From positions 1 to 39,868 of the forward strand of contig CAAFEV010000196.1 of assembly GCA_900762005.1 (NCBI GenBank): a DNA stretch of 39,868 bases, written 5' to 3'. The DNA comes from an uncultured Oscillospiraceae bacterium (GTDB taxonomy: Bacteria; Bacillota; Clostridia; Oscillospirales; Oscillospiraceae). How positions within the stretch are numbered: the stretch's first letter is position 1; each line of letters begins with the position of its first letter. The notes under the pieces were generated by a model. It did not search any database, was not told the DNA's origin, and worked only from the letters and a program-made list of their open reading frames with translations. Of this stretch, positions 24,313 through 34,428 are shown in pieces. Position numbers and translations under genes: made by a program.

Positions 24313-24427
24313 GGGGACGAGGAACGGGATACGGGGAATGGGAGGCGCAGGATGCGGTACTTGCAACAACAAGCGGCGTTTTTTCAGCCGATAAGGCGTC
24401 AGCGGCTTGTGTTCCCGAAAATAACGC

Positions 24428-24455
24428 TTGCTTTTCGGCAAAAACGCGGTACAAT
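24428..24455 (+). promoter_or_regulatory. sigmaA promoter upstream of the THF riboswitch
   Basis: TTGCTT, 16 nt spacer, TACAAT. Confidence 0.55.
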
Positions 24456-24480
24456 GGGACTACAATCAAATTACGGATGC

Positions 24481-24585
24481 TGTATGGAGTAGGAATCGTG
24501 CGTTAAGTACCGGACGGATGGGAGGTTGCCGCCGGGCGAAGGCAGTGCTTGCGCTGCCGCGATGCGATTACCGCAACCGCCTGCA
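24481..24585 (+). ncRNA. THF riboswitch
   Basis: GAGTAG...GCGTTAAGT...GGATGGGAGGTTGCC...CGAA...GCGATGCGATT..CGCAACCGC matches the THF aptamer pattern; upstream of folT-folC; CCTCC anti-SD near the RBS. Confidence 0.9.
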
Positions 24586-24649
24586 CAAAGATGCCCGTAG
24601 GGGCATAGCATCCATTTTTAACCTCCTCCAAACAAGGGAGGATTTTTTT

Positions 24650-25246
24650 ATGTCTGTTTTTAAACGCTTTCTCGGTCCGTTTTCCATTCAGCGCATTGCC
24701 GCGGACGCTGTGCTGATTGCGCTCTATTTTGCGCTGTCGCTGCTCTCGGTGGAGCTTGGCGGACTCAAGCTCACGTTCGCGTCTCTGGCGACGATTCTCT
24801 GCGCCCTGCTCTACGGTCCTGCGGACGGCTTTCTGGTCGGGCTGCTGGGCGCGTTTTTGGAGCAACTGCTCAGTAAATACGGTCTGACTCAGGCGACTAT
24901 CCTGTGGATATTGCCGCAGGCACTGCGCGGGCTGACCATCGGGCTTTTTGTCATGCTGTTTGCAAAGCAGTTTTCCGTTTCTGCCGTGCTGCAGCGCCGC
25001 CGTCCCTTTGCGTTTTTTGCGCTCTGCATCGGCTCGGGGCTGTTGGTATCCGCGCTGAATACGGCTGTCTATTACATCGACTCCAAGCTGTTCGGGTATT
25101 ATGAATATCATTTGATTTTCGGCGTACTGTGGCTGCGGCTGCTTTCGGGAATGCTCTCGTCCCTGCTGATGGCAATGGTCGCCGTGCCGATTGCCGCAGG
25201 TCTGGTGCGCGCACGGCTCGTAACGCCGATAAGGAGCAAGCCATGA
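24650..25246 (+). CDS. folT: folate-family ECF transporter S component
   Basis: Hydrophobic 198 aa with LKLTFASL...LLYGP..G..VG; follows a THF riboswitch. Confidence 0.82.
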   Translation: MSVFKRFLGPFSIQRIAADAVLIALYFALSLLSVELGGLKLTFASLATILCALLYGPADGFLVGLLGAFLEQLLSKYGLTQATILWILPQALRGLTIGLFVMLFAKQFSVSAVLQRRRPFAFFALCIGSGLLVSALNTAVYYIDSKLFGYYEYHLIFGVLWLRLLSGMLSSLLMAMVAVPIAAGLVRARLVTPIRSKP

Positions 25247-26532
25247 CGATAACTGAAGCACTTGCTTATATTCAATCCGTGAGCTGGCGCGGCTCGGTTC
25301 CCGGGCTTTCGCGCACACGGGAGCTGCTGGCGCGGCTCGGAAATCCGCAAAATCGTCTGAAATTTATCCACATCGCGGGCACAAACGGCAAAGGCTCGAC
25401 GGCGGCGATGCTCGACTCGATTTTTCGCGCCGCCGGATACACCACGGGGCTTTACACATCCCCGTATATCACCTGCTTCAACGAGCGGATGCAGGTAAAC
25501 GGCGAGATGATTTCCGACGGTGAGCTGTCCGCCCTGACCGAGCAGGTGCGTCCTCACGCCGAGGCAATGGACGACCATCCGACCGTCTTTGAGCTGGTGA
25601 CGGCGATTGCCATGCTCTATTTCGCCCGACACACCTGCGACATCGTGGTACTGGAGGTGGGCCTGGGCGGGGAGCTGGACTCGACAAATGTGATTGCCGC
25701 GCCGGAGCTTGCCGTGATTACAAGCATCGGTTATGACCATATGGCGGTGCTCGGTGATACGCTTGAGCAGATTGCCTCGGCGAAAGCGGGCATATTCAAG
25801 GGCGGTGACGCGGTGATTTACCGCGCTTCGGACAGCGTGGAGCAGGTGTTCGCCGACCGCTGCGCCGCAACGGGAACAGCCTTGCACAGGGCGGACTTTG
25901 ACAGTCTGTTGCTGCATTCGCACAATTTTTCCGGCCAGATATTTGACTGCGGCGCAAGAAAAGCACTTCTTCTGCCGCTGTTGGGGGCGCATCAACTGAA
26001 AAACGCCGCCGTGGTGCTCGCCGCCGTGGACGTACTGACGCAAAGAGGCTGGCGGATTTCGGAGGCACAGCTGCGCGAGGGCTTGCGCACCGTGCGGTGG
26101 TGCGGCCGCTTTGAGCTGCTGCGCACGGAGCCGATTTTTATCGTGGACGGCGGTCACAATCCGCAGTGCATGGACGCTCTGGTGCAGAATATCCGCGATT
26201 ATCTGCCCGGTCGCCCGATTACCGCGCTGACCGGGGTCATGGCGGACAAGGACTATTCGGAAATGTACCGCATTATCGCGCCCTATCTCACGGGCTTCGT
26301 CACCGTGACGCCGGACAATCCGCGTGCTCTGCCCGCAAAAACGCTGGCACAGGTGCTTGTCCCATTCGGAAAGCCCGTGACCGCCTGCGAAAGCGTGGCG
26401 GGTGGCGTAAAAACGGCACTTTCGCAGACAGGGCAAAACGGCGCGGTGCTCGCCTTCGGCAGCCTGTATATGGTCGGGGAAATTCGGGACACCGTGGCGG
26501 CGGGCAGAAGCTCCCGCCCCGCAGACGGTTGA
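25243..26532 (+). CDS. folC: folylpolyglutamate synthase / dihydrofolate synthase
   Basis: IHIAGTNGKGST, YTSPY, LEVGLGGELDSTNV, GRFE, DGGHNP, FGSLYMVG. Confidence 0.96.
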   Translation: MTITEALAYIQSVSWRGSVPGLSRTRELLARLGNPQNRLKFIHIAGTNGKGSTAAMLDSIFRAAGYTTGLYTSPYITCFNERMQVNGEMISDGELSALTEQVRPHAEAMDDHPTVFELVTAIAMLYFARHTCDIVVLEVGLGGELDSTNVIAAPELAVITSIGYDHMAVLGDTLEQIASAKAGIFKGGDAVIYRASDSVEQVFADRCAATGTALHRADFDSLLLHSHNFSGQIFDCGARKALLLPLLGAHQLKNAAVVLAAVDVLTQRGWRISEAQLREGLRTVRWCGRFELLRTEPIFIVDGGHNPQCMDALVQNIRDYLPGRPITALTGVMADKDYSEMYRIIAPYLTGFVTVTPDNPRALPAKTLAQVLVPFGKPVTACESVAGGVKTALSQTGQNGAVLAFGSLYMVGEIRDTVAAGRSSRPADG

Positions 26533-26550
26533 TTTTTCGGAACTTTTGTG

Positions 26551-26579
26551 TTGATTTTTGCGGAAAGAATGGTTATAAT
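26551..26579 (+). promoter_or_regulatory. sigmaA promoter
   Basis: TTGATT, 17 nt spacer, TATAAT. Confidence 0.65.
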
Positions 26580-26605
26580 AGAAAAAAACAAAGGAGACTG
26601 CTGTT

Positions 26606-26824
26606 ATGGCTGTTAAAATTGAAAGAACCACGATTATCGGCGATGTGCTGGACATCGCGCCGCAGACCGCACCCCTGTTCATGGCAATCGGAATGCACTG
26701 CCTCGGCTGCCCGTCCTCCCGCGGCGAGACCGTAGAGGAAGCCTGCATGGTGCACGGCATTGACGCCGACGCTTTCCTGACGCAGGTCAACCGCTTCCTC
26801 GAGGCGCAGGAGGCCGGCGAATAA
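26606..26824 (+). CDS. DUF1858 domain protein (hybrid-cluster-associated redox disulfide domain type)
   Basis: GMHCLGCPSSRGETVEEACMVHGID. Confidence 0.9.
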   Translation: MAVKIERTTIIGDVLDIAPQTAPLFMAIGMHCLGCPSSRGETVEEACMVHGIDADAFLTQVNRFLEAQEAGE

Positions 26825-26921
26825 TTTATGAAAAAAGGCATCCGGCAACCCAACCGAGCTGTGCAAATATGTGCAGAAACGGCAACGGCAGCTCGGGTGC
26901 TTTTTTTGTGACGGAGGAACA

Positions 26922-27638
26922 ATGAAGCTACCGATTTCAAAGCGTTTGCAATGCTGTGCAGAGCAGGTGCTGCCGGGTGCGCGGGTTGCGGATGTCGGCT
27001 GCGACCACGGTTATCTGGGCATTTCCCTTTTACTCGGCGGCAGGGCAAGCTTTATACACGCGACCGATTTGCGTGAGCTGCCGCTCAGACACGCCCTGCA
27101 AAACGCCCTGTGCTTCGGCACGGCGCAACAGATGCGCTTTACCTGTGCGCCGGGGCTTTCCGCCGTTTCACCCGACGAGGTGGACACGATTATCTGCGCC
27201 GGCATGGGCGGCGATCTGATTGCGCAGATTTTACGCGACTGTCCATGGCTCAGGTCGGCGCGGTATCATTTGATTTTACAGCCGCAGTCCTCCGGCAATG
27301 ATTTGAGGCGCAAGCTCTATGCCCTCGGCTTCGGAATGGAGCGCGAGACGCTGGTCGAGGACGGCGGCTTTCTTTACACCGTGCTGTGTGCACGCTTCGG
27401 CAACGCAGTAAGCCTTACGCCGGGGCAGCAATACTGCTCGCCGCAGCTATTGCAAAGCGGGTCTGCGCTGCTGCCGGTGTATCTTGCACGGATTTTTCAC
27501 GCGCTGACACTGACTGTGGAGGGCCTTCGCCGCGCAAATGACCCGACGGCGGCGAAGCGGCTGGCTTATTATGAAACGGCACTGCGGGAGGTGTCGGAAA
27601 TGAGGGATACTGATGGCAACAGTACAGACGATTTATGA
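26922..27638 (+). CDS. trmK: tRNA (adenine22-N1)-methyltransferase
   Basis: ISKRL, VADVGCDHGYL, ICAGMGGDLI, LILQP; adjacent to Nif3 as usual. Confidence 0.88.
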   Translation: MKLPISKRLQCCAEQVLPGARVADVGCDHGYLGISLLLGGRASFIHATDLRELPLRHALQNALCFGTAQQMRFTCAPGLSAVSPDEVDTIICAGMGGDLIAQILRDCPWLRSARYHLILQPQSSGNDLRRKLYALGFGMERETLVEDGGFLYTVLCARFGNAVSLTPGQQYCSPQLLQSGSALLPVYLARIFHALTLTVEGLRRANDPTAAKRLAYYETALREVSEMRDTDGNSTDDL

Positions 27639-28401
27639 CTTTGTGAAAACCCTTGCGCCGGAAACGATGGCTTACGAGGACGATTCCATCGGGCTGCTGT
27701 GCGGCAGAGCGGGCAAGTCCGTCCGGCGCATTCTGATTGCGCTGGACGTTTCAGCCGCCTCCTGCGCGGAGGCGAAAGCCCTCGGCTGCGAGCTGCTCGT
27801 GACGCACCACCCCGCCCTGCGCCGGCTTTCCGCTGTCAGCGACACAAGCGCAATGGGCGCAAATCTGCTGTTTTTAGCGGAGAACGGGATTGCCGCCGTC
27901 AACGCGCACACGAATTTGGACTGTGCCCCCGGCGGCGTGAACGACTGTCTTGCCGCCGCTCTCGGCTTGTCCGGGGTGTGCGTGCTCGACCCGACCGGTG
28001 TTGACGAAAACGGACGGGCTTACGGTCTGCTGCGCGGCGGCTCCTTGCCCGAAACCGAGCCTGAGGTCTTTGCTGCGGCTGTGAAGAAGGCTCTCGGCTG
28101 TGAGGGTCTGCGTTATGCTTCGGGCGGGCAGGCGATCACGAAGGTCGCCGTCGGCGGCGGGAGCTGCGCCGATTTTCTGGGTCGCGTGGCGGCACTGGGC
28201 TATCAGGCGTTTGTCACGGCGGACGTAAAATATCACACCTTCTGCGAGGCGGCGTTCCTCGGCGTGACGCTGATTGACGCGGGGCATTTTGAGACGGAAA
28301 ACCCCGTTTGTGCCTATCTCGTGCGTGAGCTTGCCGCAGCATTCCCCGATATTGCGGTTTTTTTGTCGAAAACGCACGCCGATTGCACAAAATTCCTCTG
28401 A
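27613..28401 (+). CDS. Nif3-like dinuclear metal centre protein
   Basis: ILIALD, LVTHHP, AHTNLD, VTADVKYH, IDAGHFETE. Confidence 0.93.
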   Translation: MATVQTIYDFVKTLAPETMAYEDDSIGLLCGRAGKSVRRILIALDVSAASCAEAKALGCELLVTHHPALRRLSAVSDTSAMGANLLFLAENGIAAVNAHTNLDCAPGGVNDCLAAALGLSGVCVLDPTGVDENGRAYGLLRGGSLPETEPEVFAAAVKKALGCEGLRYASGGQAITKVAVGGGSCADFLGRVAALGYQAFVTADVKYHTFCEAAFLGVTLIDAGHFETENPVCAYLVRELAAAFPDIAVFLSKTHADCTKFL

Positions 28402-28470
28402 ACGGTTGTTTTTTCGGGGAACTTATGCTAAACTATATGCGATAATTTTTCTACGAAGGGAAGAGTCTTT

Positions 28471-29208
28471 ATGTCCGGTCATTCCAAATGGAATAACATT
28501 CAAAAAACCAAGGGCGCACAGGATGCGAAGCGTGCCGCCGTCTTTACCAAGATTGCCAAGGAAATGTATGTCGCAGTGCGCGAGGGCGGCGGCTCGGCAG
28601 ACCCGAACTATAACTCCCGTCTGGCCACCGTCATCACCAAGGCAAAAGCGGCGAATATGCCCAACGACAACATCAAGCGCGTGCTCGAAAAGGCTGCCAG
28701 CGCAGGCTCCGGCGACGCTTATGAGTCCATTACTTACGAAGGCTACGGCCCGAGCGGCATCGCCGTGATTGTCGAAACCATGACCGACAGCCGCAACCGT
28801 ACCGCCGCAACAGTACGCCACCACTTTGACAAGTTCGGCGGCAAAATGGGCGCGGCAGGCTGTGTTTCGTGGAACTTCTCAAAAAAGGGCGTGCTCGTGA
28901 TTGACGACGAGGACGAGGACTATGAAGAGGACACCGTCATGCTCGACGCGATGGACGCGGGCGCGGATGATTTCGAAGCCGAGGAGCACTGCTACACCAT
29001 TTACACCGCGCCGGACGACTTCAACGCCGTGGCGGACGCGCTGACGGCAAAGGGCTATTCCTTTGTTTCCGCGCAGATTGAAATGGTTCCCGGTGAGTAC
29101 AAAAAGCTCGACAACGCCGATGACATCGCCAACATGGAAAAATTGCTCGATAATTTTGAGGACGATGACGACGTGCAGAACGTCTGGCACAACTGGGACA
29201 GAGATTGA
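28471..29208 (+). CDS. yebC: YebC/PmpR family protein
   Basis: MSGHSKWNNIQKTKGAQDAKR, YEGYGPSG, DDDDVQNVWHN. Confidence 0.96.
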   Translation: MSGHSKWNNIQKTKGAQDAKRAAVFTKIAKEMYVAVREGGGSADPNYNSRLATVITKAKAANMPNDNIKRVLEKAASAGSGDAYESITYEGYGPSGIAVIVETMTDSRNRTAATVRHHFDKFGGKMGAAGCVSWNFSKKGVLVIDDEDEDYEEDTVMLDAMDAGADDFEAEEHCYTIYTAPDDFNAVADALTAKGYSFVSAQIEMVPGEYKKLDNADDIANMEKLLDNFEDDDDVQNVWHNWDRD

Positions 29209-29227
29209 ACTCGGATTCAGATATAGA

Positions 29228-29270
29228 ACGGGCAGTCCGTGCAGGTTTGCACGGACTGCCGTTGCTTTTA
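29228..29270. terminator. terminator between convergent genes
   Basis: GGCAGTCCGTGCA-GGTT-TGCACGGACTGCC stem. Confidence 0.8.
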
Positions 29271-29271
29271 T

Positions 29272-29946
29272 TCATTCCTCGCGCCATAAGCGCAGACGGA
29301 AGCTCTCGCTGCCGTCTGCCTTTTTGCCGCAAACATAGCCGCCCGGTGCTGTGAGCAGCGTGAGGGCTTCGCCGGCGAAGCATTCGCGCTCAAAGCAGAT
29401 ATTCAGCGCATTTGCGCCTGCGCTGACCAGCGGCGCACTGCGGCGGAGATACTGCACGTTGTTCAGATGCCCGTTGGCGTCGATTTCCTCCGGCACAATC
29501 TGCCACGTTGCGGCGGCGGTCATGTCTTCCGGCAGGCGCACCCTCGGCGGCAGGCTTGTACGAGGCGGCAGCGCAAAGGGCAGCTTGCTTAACACCTCCA
29601 GCCCGTTCAGGCGCAGCATGGAGCGTGTTCCGGCATCTGCCAGCACCCATGTCTGCACGGCGGTGCCGACGGGCGTTTCGCCGTCATAGAAAGTGAAATC
29701 GCGGCAGCTCACGGCAGCCGTGGGTGGACGCAGCACAGTTTCCAAGCGCACGGGCGCAACGGGAAGCTTTTGAAAATGCACCGTGCACCGCGCCAGCATC
29801 CAGAGCGCGCCGAAATTGCGGAGCATCCGGTCGTGGTCGATGTGCAGGTCAATGCTGTGGGCAACGGCGGCGCGTTCCATGGCAAACAGCGCGTCCGGCA
29901 TGGTCACAATGCCGTCGGAAAGGAAAAGCGGATATCGTTCCTGCAT
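29272..29946 (-). CDS. acyl-ACP thioesterase family protein
   Basis: WMLAR, RDF, WVLAD...R, EIDANGHLNNVQY, FERECFAGE double hotdog motifs. Confidence 0.85.
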   Translation of the reverse strand: MQERYPLFLSDGIVTMPDALFAMERAAVAHSIDLHIDHDRMLRNFGALWMLARCTVHFQKLPVAPVRLETVLRPPTAAVSCRDFTFYDGETPVGTAVQTWVLADAGTRSMLRLNGLEVLSKLPFALPPRTSLPPRVRLPEDMTAAATWQIVPEEIDANGHLNNVQYLRRSAPLVSAGANALNICFERECFAGEALTLLTAPGGYVCGKKADGSESFRLRLWREE

Positions 29947-29967
29947 GAGAGAAGCCTCCTTGGGAAA

Positions 29968-30711
29968 TTATATCGTGGAACCGGACGTACGGGGGTGCGG
30001 GGCGGTCTGCCACGCGGGCAGGGGCAGACGCTGCATCGCGCCGAACACGCGGTCCTTTAAGTCGGGATACTGCGCGGAGAGCTGCACAATCAGTTGCTTG
30101 ATCTCCTCGCGCTTGGTGTGCTTATCGGCAGGGCAATTATTGTGCACGACGGGCAACTGCTCGCGGGCGGCAAAGTTCTTTATCATGCCCTCGGTCAGGT
30201 AAAGCATCGGGCGGATTTGCGTCACGCCAGTGCGGTCAAGGTACGTCACCGGCTCAAAGCAGCTCAACCGCCCTTCATACAGCAGGCTCATCAGAAAGGT
30301 CTCCACCGCGTCGTCGTAATGATGCCCCAGCGCGACCTTGGAAAAGCCCTGCTCCAAAAGTGCCTGATTGAGTGCGCCGCGCCGCATCTTTGCGCACATC
30401 GAACAGGGATTTTTCTCCTTACGATAGTCAAAAATAACCGACGCAATTTCGGTTTTCACAATTTGATACGGCACGCTTAACCGCTCACACAGAGCCGCAA
30501 CCGGTGAAAAGTCCATGCCCGGCAAGCCCATATCAATCGTAATCGCCGTGAGGTCATACGGCTGCGGATAATACGCGCGCAGAGCCGCCAGCAGCACCAG
30601 CAGCGTGAGAGAATCCTTGCCGCCGGAGATGCCGACGGCAATTTTGTCATGCGGCGCAATCATTTGATAATCGTCCGCACAGCGGCGGACCAAGCCCATC
30701 ATTTTTTGCAT
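29968..30711 (-). CDS. ttcA: TtcA-family tRNA 2-thiocytidine biosynthesis protein (PP-loop ATPase)
   Basis: VGISGGKDS, PCSMCAKMRRG, ALGHHYDD, IRPM. Confidence 0.85.
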   Translation of the reverse strand: MQKMMGLVRRCADDYQMIAPHDKIAVGISGGKDSLTLLVLLAALRAYYPQPYDLTAITIDMGLPGMDFSPVAALCERLSVPYQIVKTEIASVIFDYRKEKNPCSMCAKMRRGALNQALLEQGFSKVALGHHYDDAVETFLMSLLYEGRLSCFEPVTYLDRTGVTQIRPMLYLTEGMIKNFAAREQLPVVHNNCPADKHTKREEIKQLIVQLSAQYPDLKDRVFGAMQRLPLPAWQTAPHPRTSGSTI

Positions 30712-30821
30712 ATTGTCACCTTTTTCGGAAAAACAGGAAGTTAGAATACAGGAGAATAAACGTGAATAAACGAGATTACACGAGTTTGTTCGGAGGAAAA
30801 TAAAAAATTCGGAAATTGTGC

Positions 30822-30850
30822 TTGACATTCATTTTTTGCCGTGGTATAAC
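30822..30850 (+). promoter_or_regulatory. sigmaA promoter of rplM-rpsI
   Basis: TTGACA, 17 nt spacer, TATAAC with extended TG. Confidence 0.8.
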
Positions 30851-30924
30851 TACCCATACGCGATGATTGTACGCGCAGCCATTTGATTTGTCAATCATTT
30901 AATTCATATACGGAGGAAAATTCC

Positions 30925-31356
30925 ATGTCCACGACTTTGGTCAGAAAAGAAGATGTGCAGCGCAAGTGGTACATCCTCGACGCAGCGGATAAGCCCATGG
31001 GCCGCACCGCTGTTATCGCCGCCAACATTCTGCGCGGCAAGGTTAAGCCCGATTTCACCCCCAACGTTGACTGCGGCGACTATGTCATCGTCATCAACGC
31101 CGAAAAGGCAGTTCTTACCGGCAGAAAGCTGGAGCAGAAGTACTACCGCCGTCATTCCGGCTGGATTGGCGGACTCAAGGAAACCAAGTACAAAACCCTG
31201 ATGGCAGAGCGTCCCGCGTTCGCTATGGAGCTGGCTGTTAAGGGTATGCTCCCGAAGAACACCCTCGGCAGAACCGCCATCACCCGTCTCAAGGTTTTTG
31301 CAGGCAATGAGCATCCCCATACCGCTCAGCAGCCCGAAGCTTGGACGCAGGACTAA
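30925..31356 (+). CDS. rplM: 50S ribosomal protein L13
   Basis: [53 protein letters not shown]. Confidence 0.98.
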   Translation: MSTTLVRKEDVQRKWYILDAADKPMGRTAVIAANILRGKVKPDFTPNVDCGDYVIVINAEKAVLTGRKLEQKYYRRHSGWIGGLKETKYKTLMAERPAFAMELAVKGMLPKNTLGRTAITRLKVFAGNEHPHTAQQPEAWTQD

Positions 31357-31374
31357 TTGAGGAGGAAATTGACA

Positions 31375-31779
31375 ATGTACGAGAGCAAAAGAACCTATCA
31401 GTACGGCACCGGCCGTCGCAAGTCCTCCATCGCCCGTGTCCGCGTTTATGAGAACGGCACCGGCTCCATCGTCATCAACGGCAGAGACATCGACGATTAT
31501 TTCGGTCTTGAAACCTTAAAGCTGATTGTCCGTCAGCCGCTGGTCTCCACCGAAAACGTCGGCAAGGTTGATATCATTTGCACCGTCAAGGGCGGCGGCG
31601 TGACCGGCCAGGCAGGCGCAATCCGTCACGGCATCTCCCGTGCGCTGCTCGGTCTCAACGCCGAATATCGCACAACACTGAAGGCTGCGGGCTTCCTGAC
31701 CCGTGACCCGAGAATGAAGGAAAGAAAGAAATACGGCCTCAAGGCCGCAAGACGCGCTCCTCAGTTCTCCAAGCGTTAA
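31375..31779 (+). CDS. rpsI: 30S ribosomal protein S9
   Basis: [46 protein letters not shown]. Confidence 0.98.
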   Translation: MYESKRTYQYGTGRRKSSIARVRVYENGTGSIVINGRDIDDYFGLETLKLIVRQPLVSTENVGKVDIICTVKGGGVTGQAGAIRHGISRALLGLNAEYRTTLKAAGFLTRDPRMKERKKYGLKAARRAPQFSKR

Positions 31780-31798
31780 AAGTTCAAACCGCTTATTT

Positions 31799-31832
31799 AT
31801 CGGCTCTCCGGATATTCCGGGGAGCCGATTTT
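31799..31832. terminator. bidirectional terminator between rpsI and nth
   Basis: ATCGGCTCTCCGGA-TAT-TCCGGGGAGCCGAT followed by TTT. Confidence 0.82.
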
Positions 31833-31881
31833 AATGCCGCTTTCTCTTGGCGTGATAACACTTCTTCGTATGCAAGGGGCT

Positions 31882-32514
31882 TTATTTCTCCTTTTGCCCG
31901 GTAAATTGCGTGCAATACGGACGCAGCGGGCAAGTCTCGCAGTGCGGGCTGCGGGCGGTACAAATCTCGCGCCCGAAGAGGACGATGCGGTGGCAGAAAG
32001 CATTGCTCTCCTGCGGCGGCAGAATTTTCCGAAGCTGCCGCTCTACCCGCTCCGGCTCCTTGCCCTTGGCAAGCCCCAAGCGGTTGGCAATGCGGATGCA
32101 ATGTGTGTCGCAGACCACTGCCGGCTGCCCGTAAACATCGCCGAGCAGCAAATTTGCTGTTTTTCTGCCGACACCGGGCAGCTTCAGCAGCTCCTCCATC
32201 GTGCCGGGCACTCTGCCGCCGTAGTCGCGCAGCAGCATCCGGCAGGCGAGCACAATGTCCTTTGCCTTTTGCCGGTAAAACCCGCACGAATGCACAAGCT
32301 GCTCCACCTGCGCAATGTCCGCTTCCGCAAAGGCCTCCAGCGTCGGAAACTGCGCAAACAGCGCGGGTGTTATCAGATTCACGCGGGCATCGGTACATTG
32401 CGCCGACAGCCGCACGGAAATCATCAGCTCATAGTCCTTGTCGTATTGCAGCGCACACAGGGCGGCGGGATACCGCTCCTTCAAAACCTCGATAATTTCG
32501 TTGACATACTTCAT
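31882..32514 (-). CDS. nth: endonuclease III
   Basis: LSAQCTDARVN, LPGVGRKTAN (HhH), VCDTH, CTARSPHCETCPLRPYC Fe-S motif; ATG 32514. Confidence 0.96.
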   Translation of the reverse strand: MKYVNEIIEVLKERYPAALCALQYDKDYELMISVRLSAQCTDARVNLITPALFAQFPTLEAFAEADIAQVEQLVHSCGFYRQKAKDIVLACRMLLRDYGGRVPGTMEELLKLPGVGRKTANLLLGDVYGQPAVVCDTHCIRIANRLGLAKGKEPERVERQLRKILPPQESNAFCHRIVLFGREICTARSPHCETCPLRPYCTQFTGQKEK

Positions 32515-32575
32515 CAAAATACACCGCCTTTTCGACCAGTATAGCATATTTCTGCGCTTTTGGGTATGGGGAAGC

Positions 32576-32604
32576 TTGCCTTTTTTTCCGTGATGCGGTA
32601 TAAT
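32576..32604 (+). promoter_or_regulatory. sigmaA promoter of ung
   Basis: TTGCCT, 17 nt spacer, TATAAT. Confidence 0.65.
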
Positions 32605-32631
32605 CGTTGCAAAAAGGGGGAGGGAACGCTT

Positions 32632-33303
32632 ATGGACTTCAAGCTCGGCGCGTGGTCTGCACTTTTGCAGCAGGAGGTTCAAGCCGCCTATTTTCCCGCG
32701 CTGCTTCGGCAGGTCAGCCTTGCACGGGCGCAGGCGGAGATTTATCCCCCGTCGGGACGGGAGTTTTTTGCGTTCTCCTGCACACCGCCGGAGCGGGTAC
32801 GCGTGGTGATTTTGGGGCAGGACCCCTATCACGAGCCGGGACAGGCGATGGGGCTCTCCTTTTCCGTGCAAGAGGGTACGCCGTTTCCCCCCTCCCTGCG
32901 CAACATCTTCCGGGAGCGTTTTTCGGATGTGGGGCTGCCGACCCCGGGCAGCGGAGATTTGACCCCGTGGGCAAAGCAGGGCGTGCTGCTGCTGAATACC
33001 GTGCTGACGGTAGAGCGCGGCAAGGCAAATTCCCACGCGCTTTGGGGTTGGCAACGCTTTACCGACGCCACTTGCGCACAGCTTGCGCAACTGCCGCAGC
33101 CGATTGCCTTTGTGCTCTGGGGCGCACAGGCGCAGCAAAAAGCACCGCTGTTCGCCGCGTCCGACGCGCCGCGACTGGTGCTTTCCGCGCCGCATCCGAG
33201 CCCGCTTTCTGCCTATCGCGGTTTTTTCGGCAGCAAGCCGTTTTCCAAGGTCAATGCCTTTTTGCAATCACACGGTGAACCGCCGATTGACTGGTCGTTA
33301 TAA
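32632..33303 (+). CDS. ung: uracil-DNA glycosylase (family 1)
   Basis: GQDPYH, GLSFSV, PPSLRNI, GVLLLN, HPSPLS. Confidence 0.97.
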   Translation: MDFKLGAWSALLQQEVQAAYFPALLRQVSLARAQAEIYPPSGREFFAFSCTPPERVRVVILGQDPYHEPGQAMGLSFSVQEGTPFPPSLRNIFRERFSDVGLPTPGSGDLTPWAKQGVLLLNTVLTVERGKANSHALWGWQRFTDATCAQLAQLPQPIAFVLWGAQAQQKAPLFAASDAPRLVLSAPHPSPLSAYRGFFGSKPFSKVNAFLQSHGEPPIDWSL

Positions 33304-33310
33304 ATTCTAC

Positions 33311-33342
33311 GCTCCCGGAGAAGCTCTCCGGGAGCGATTTTT
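33311..33342. terminator. terminator between convergent genes
   Basis: GCTCCCGGAGA-AGC-TCTCCGGGAGC followed by GATTTTT. Confidence 0.8.
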
Positions 33343-33354
33343 CGATTTACAGCC

Positions 33355-33654
33355 TTATAGGGCTTCGACATAGAAGCTGACCGGGCGAAAGCCGTCGTTA
33401 CAGGAAATCATGGCGGAGTGCGGATTTTTCATCCAGCCATCGTAAAAATCACCGCCCCCGTGCGCAAGCGTCATGACAAAGGGCAGCAGGCTCTGCCACG
33501 CGCTGTCACAGAAGCCTGCCGGACACAGGGCGTTTTCGGAAATAAACTCCTGCCCCTCGCACATTACACAGGCGTGCTCGATGGGGTTCTCGTAGCGTTC
33601 CGATAGGTCGGGGTAGCTCGCCATACGGACAACCGTAATTTTACAGCGTTTCAT
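33355..33654 (-). CDS. TIGR04076-family protein
   Basis: CKITVV...PAGFCDSAW...MISCNDGFRPVSFYVE. Confidence 0.82.
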   Translation of the reverse strand: MKRCKITVVRMASYPDLSERYENPIEHACVMCEGQEFISENALCPAGFCDSAWQSLLPFVMTLAHGGGDFYDGWMKNPHSAMISCNDGFRPVSFYVEAL

Positions 33655-34426
33655 GTTCTGTCTCCTCTGCAAGCCCGAACAGACGTTTGGCGTTTTCGGT
33701 TGTAATCTGCCCCGCCTGCGCCGGAGAAAGCCGCTTTAGCTCGGCAATCTTTGCGGCAACAAGGGGCACAAGGCGGCTGTCGTTGCGCCTGCCGCGATGC
33801 GGCTCGGGTGCCATGTAAGGGCAATCCGTTTCAACCAGGATGCGTTCGACAGGCAGTGCCTGCACGGTTTCGATTGCACGGCGGGCGTTTTTAAAGGTCA
33901 CAACGCCGGTAAAGCCGATGTACCACCCGCGCTCGACGAGCCACATTGCAAGCTCTGTCGAGGCGGAAAAGCAGTGAAACACGCCGCGCAGATTCGGGTG
34001 CCGTCTGACACAGGCGACAATGTCCTCGTGCGCCTCCCGGTGGTGGACGATGACGGGCAGCTTCAATGTCTCGGCAAGGTCAAGCTGCTGCTCAAAGGCA
34101 TTGATTTGCTGCGCACGCGGCACATCCTCATAGTGATAATCCAAGCCGATTTCCCCGATGGCACGTACCTTCGGGTGCTTTGCAAGCGCACGGTAGTGCG
34201 CAAGCAGCTTGCCGTTGACACTGCCGGCATCGTCCGGGTGGCTGCCGACAGCGGCATAGACAAAGGGGTAGCACTCTGTCAAGGCAACCGAACGCTCCGA
34301 GGAGGGCAGGTCACAGCCGACATTCATCACGTACGCCACCTCCCGGGCGGGCAGCCCGGCAAAAATTTCAGTACGGTCGGCATCAAAACGGGAATCGTCC
34401 AAATGGGCATGAGAGTCAAAAAACAC
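33641..34426 (-). CDS. tatD: TatD-family hydrolase
   Basis: FDSHAHL, GSHP, IGEIGLDYHY, GVFHCF, ETDCPYMAP; GTG start after GGAGG. Confidence 0.93.
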   Translation of the reverse strand: MFFDSHAHLDDSRFDADRTEIFAGLPAREVAYVMNVGCDLPSSERSVALTECYPFVYAAVGSHPDDAGSVNGKLLAHYRALAKHPKVRAIGEIGLDYHYEDVPRAQQINAFEQQLDLAETLKLPVIVHHREAHEDIVACVRRHPNLRGVFHCFSASTELAMWLVERGWYIGFTGVVTFKNARRAIETVQALPVERILVETDCPYMAPEPHRGRRNDSRLVPLVAAKIAELKRLSPAQAGQITTENAKRLFGLAEETEHETL

Positions 34427-34428
34427 GG

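Noticed and set aside
2050..24320. Cluster as an integrative or mobile element bounded by the two repeat copies
   Set aside because: No integrase, transposase, relaxase, tRNA target or att-like duplication; the interval includes housekeeping psd; such repeats are probably scattered genome-wide
17030..26532. Functional link between the cluster formyltransferase and the THF riboswitch-folT-folC unit
   Set aside because: They are separated by a strong terminator, psd and independent promoters; proximity alone is not evidence
25108..27048. Long antisense or alternate-frame ORFs (646 aa here; also 793..1794, 5147..6232, 12289..13236 and the 5' extension of nth to 33267)
   Set aside because: They shadow well-supported genes in GC-rich DNA and have no recognisable motifs or RBS
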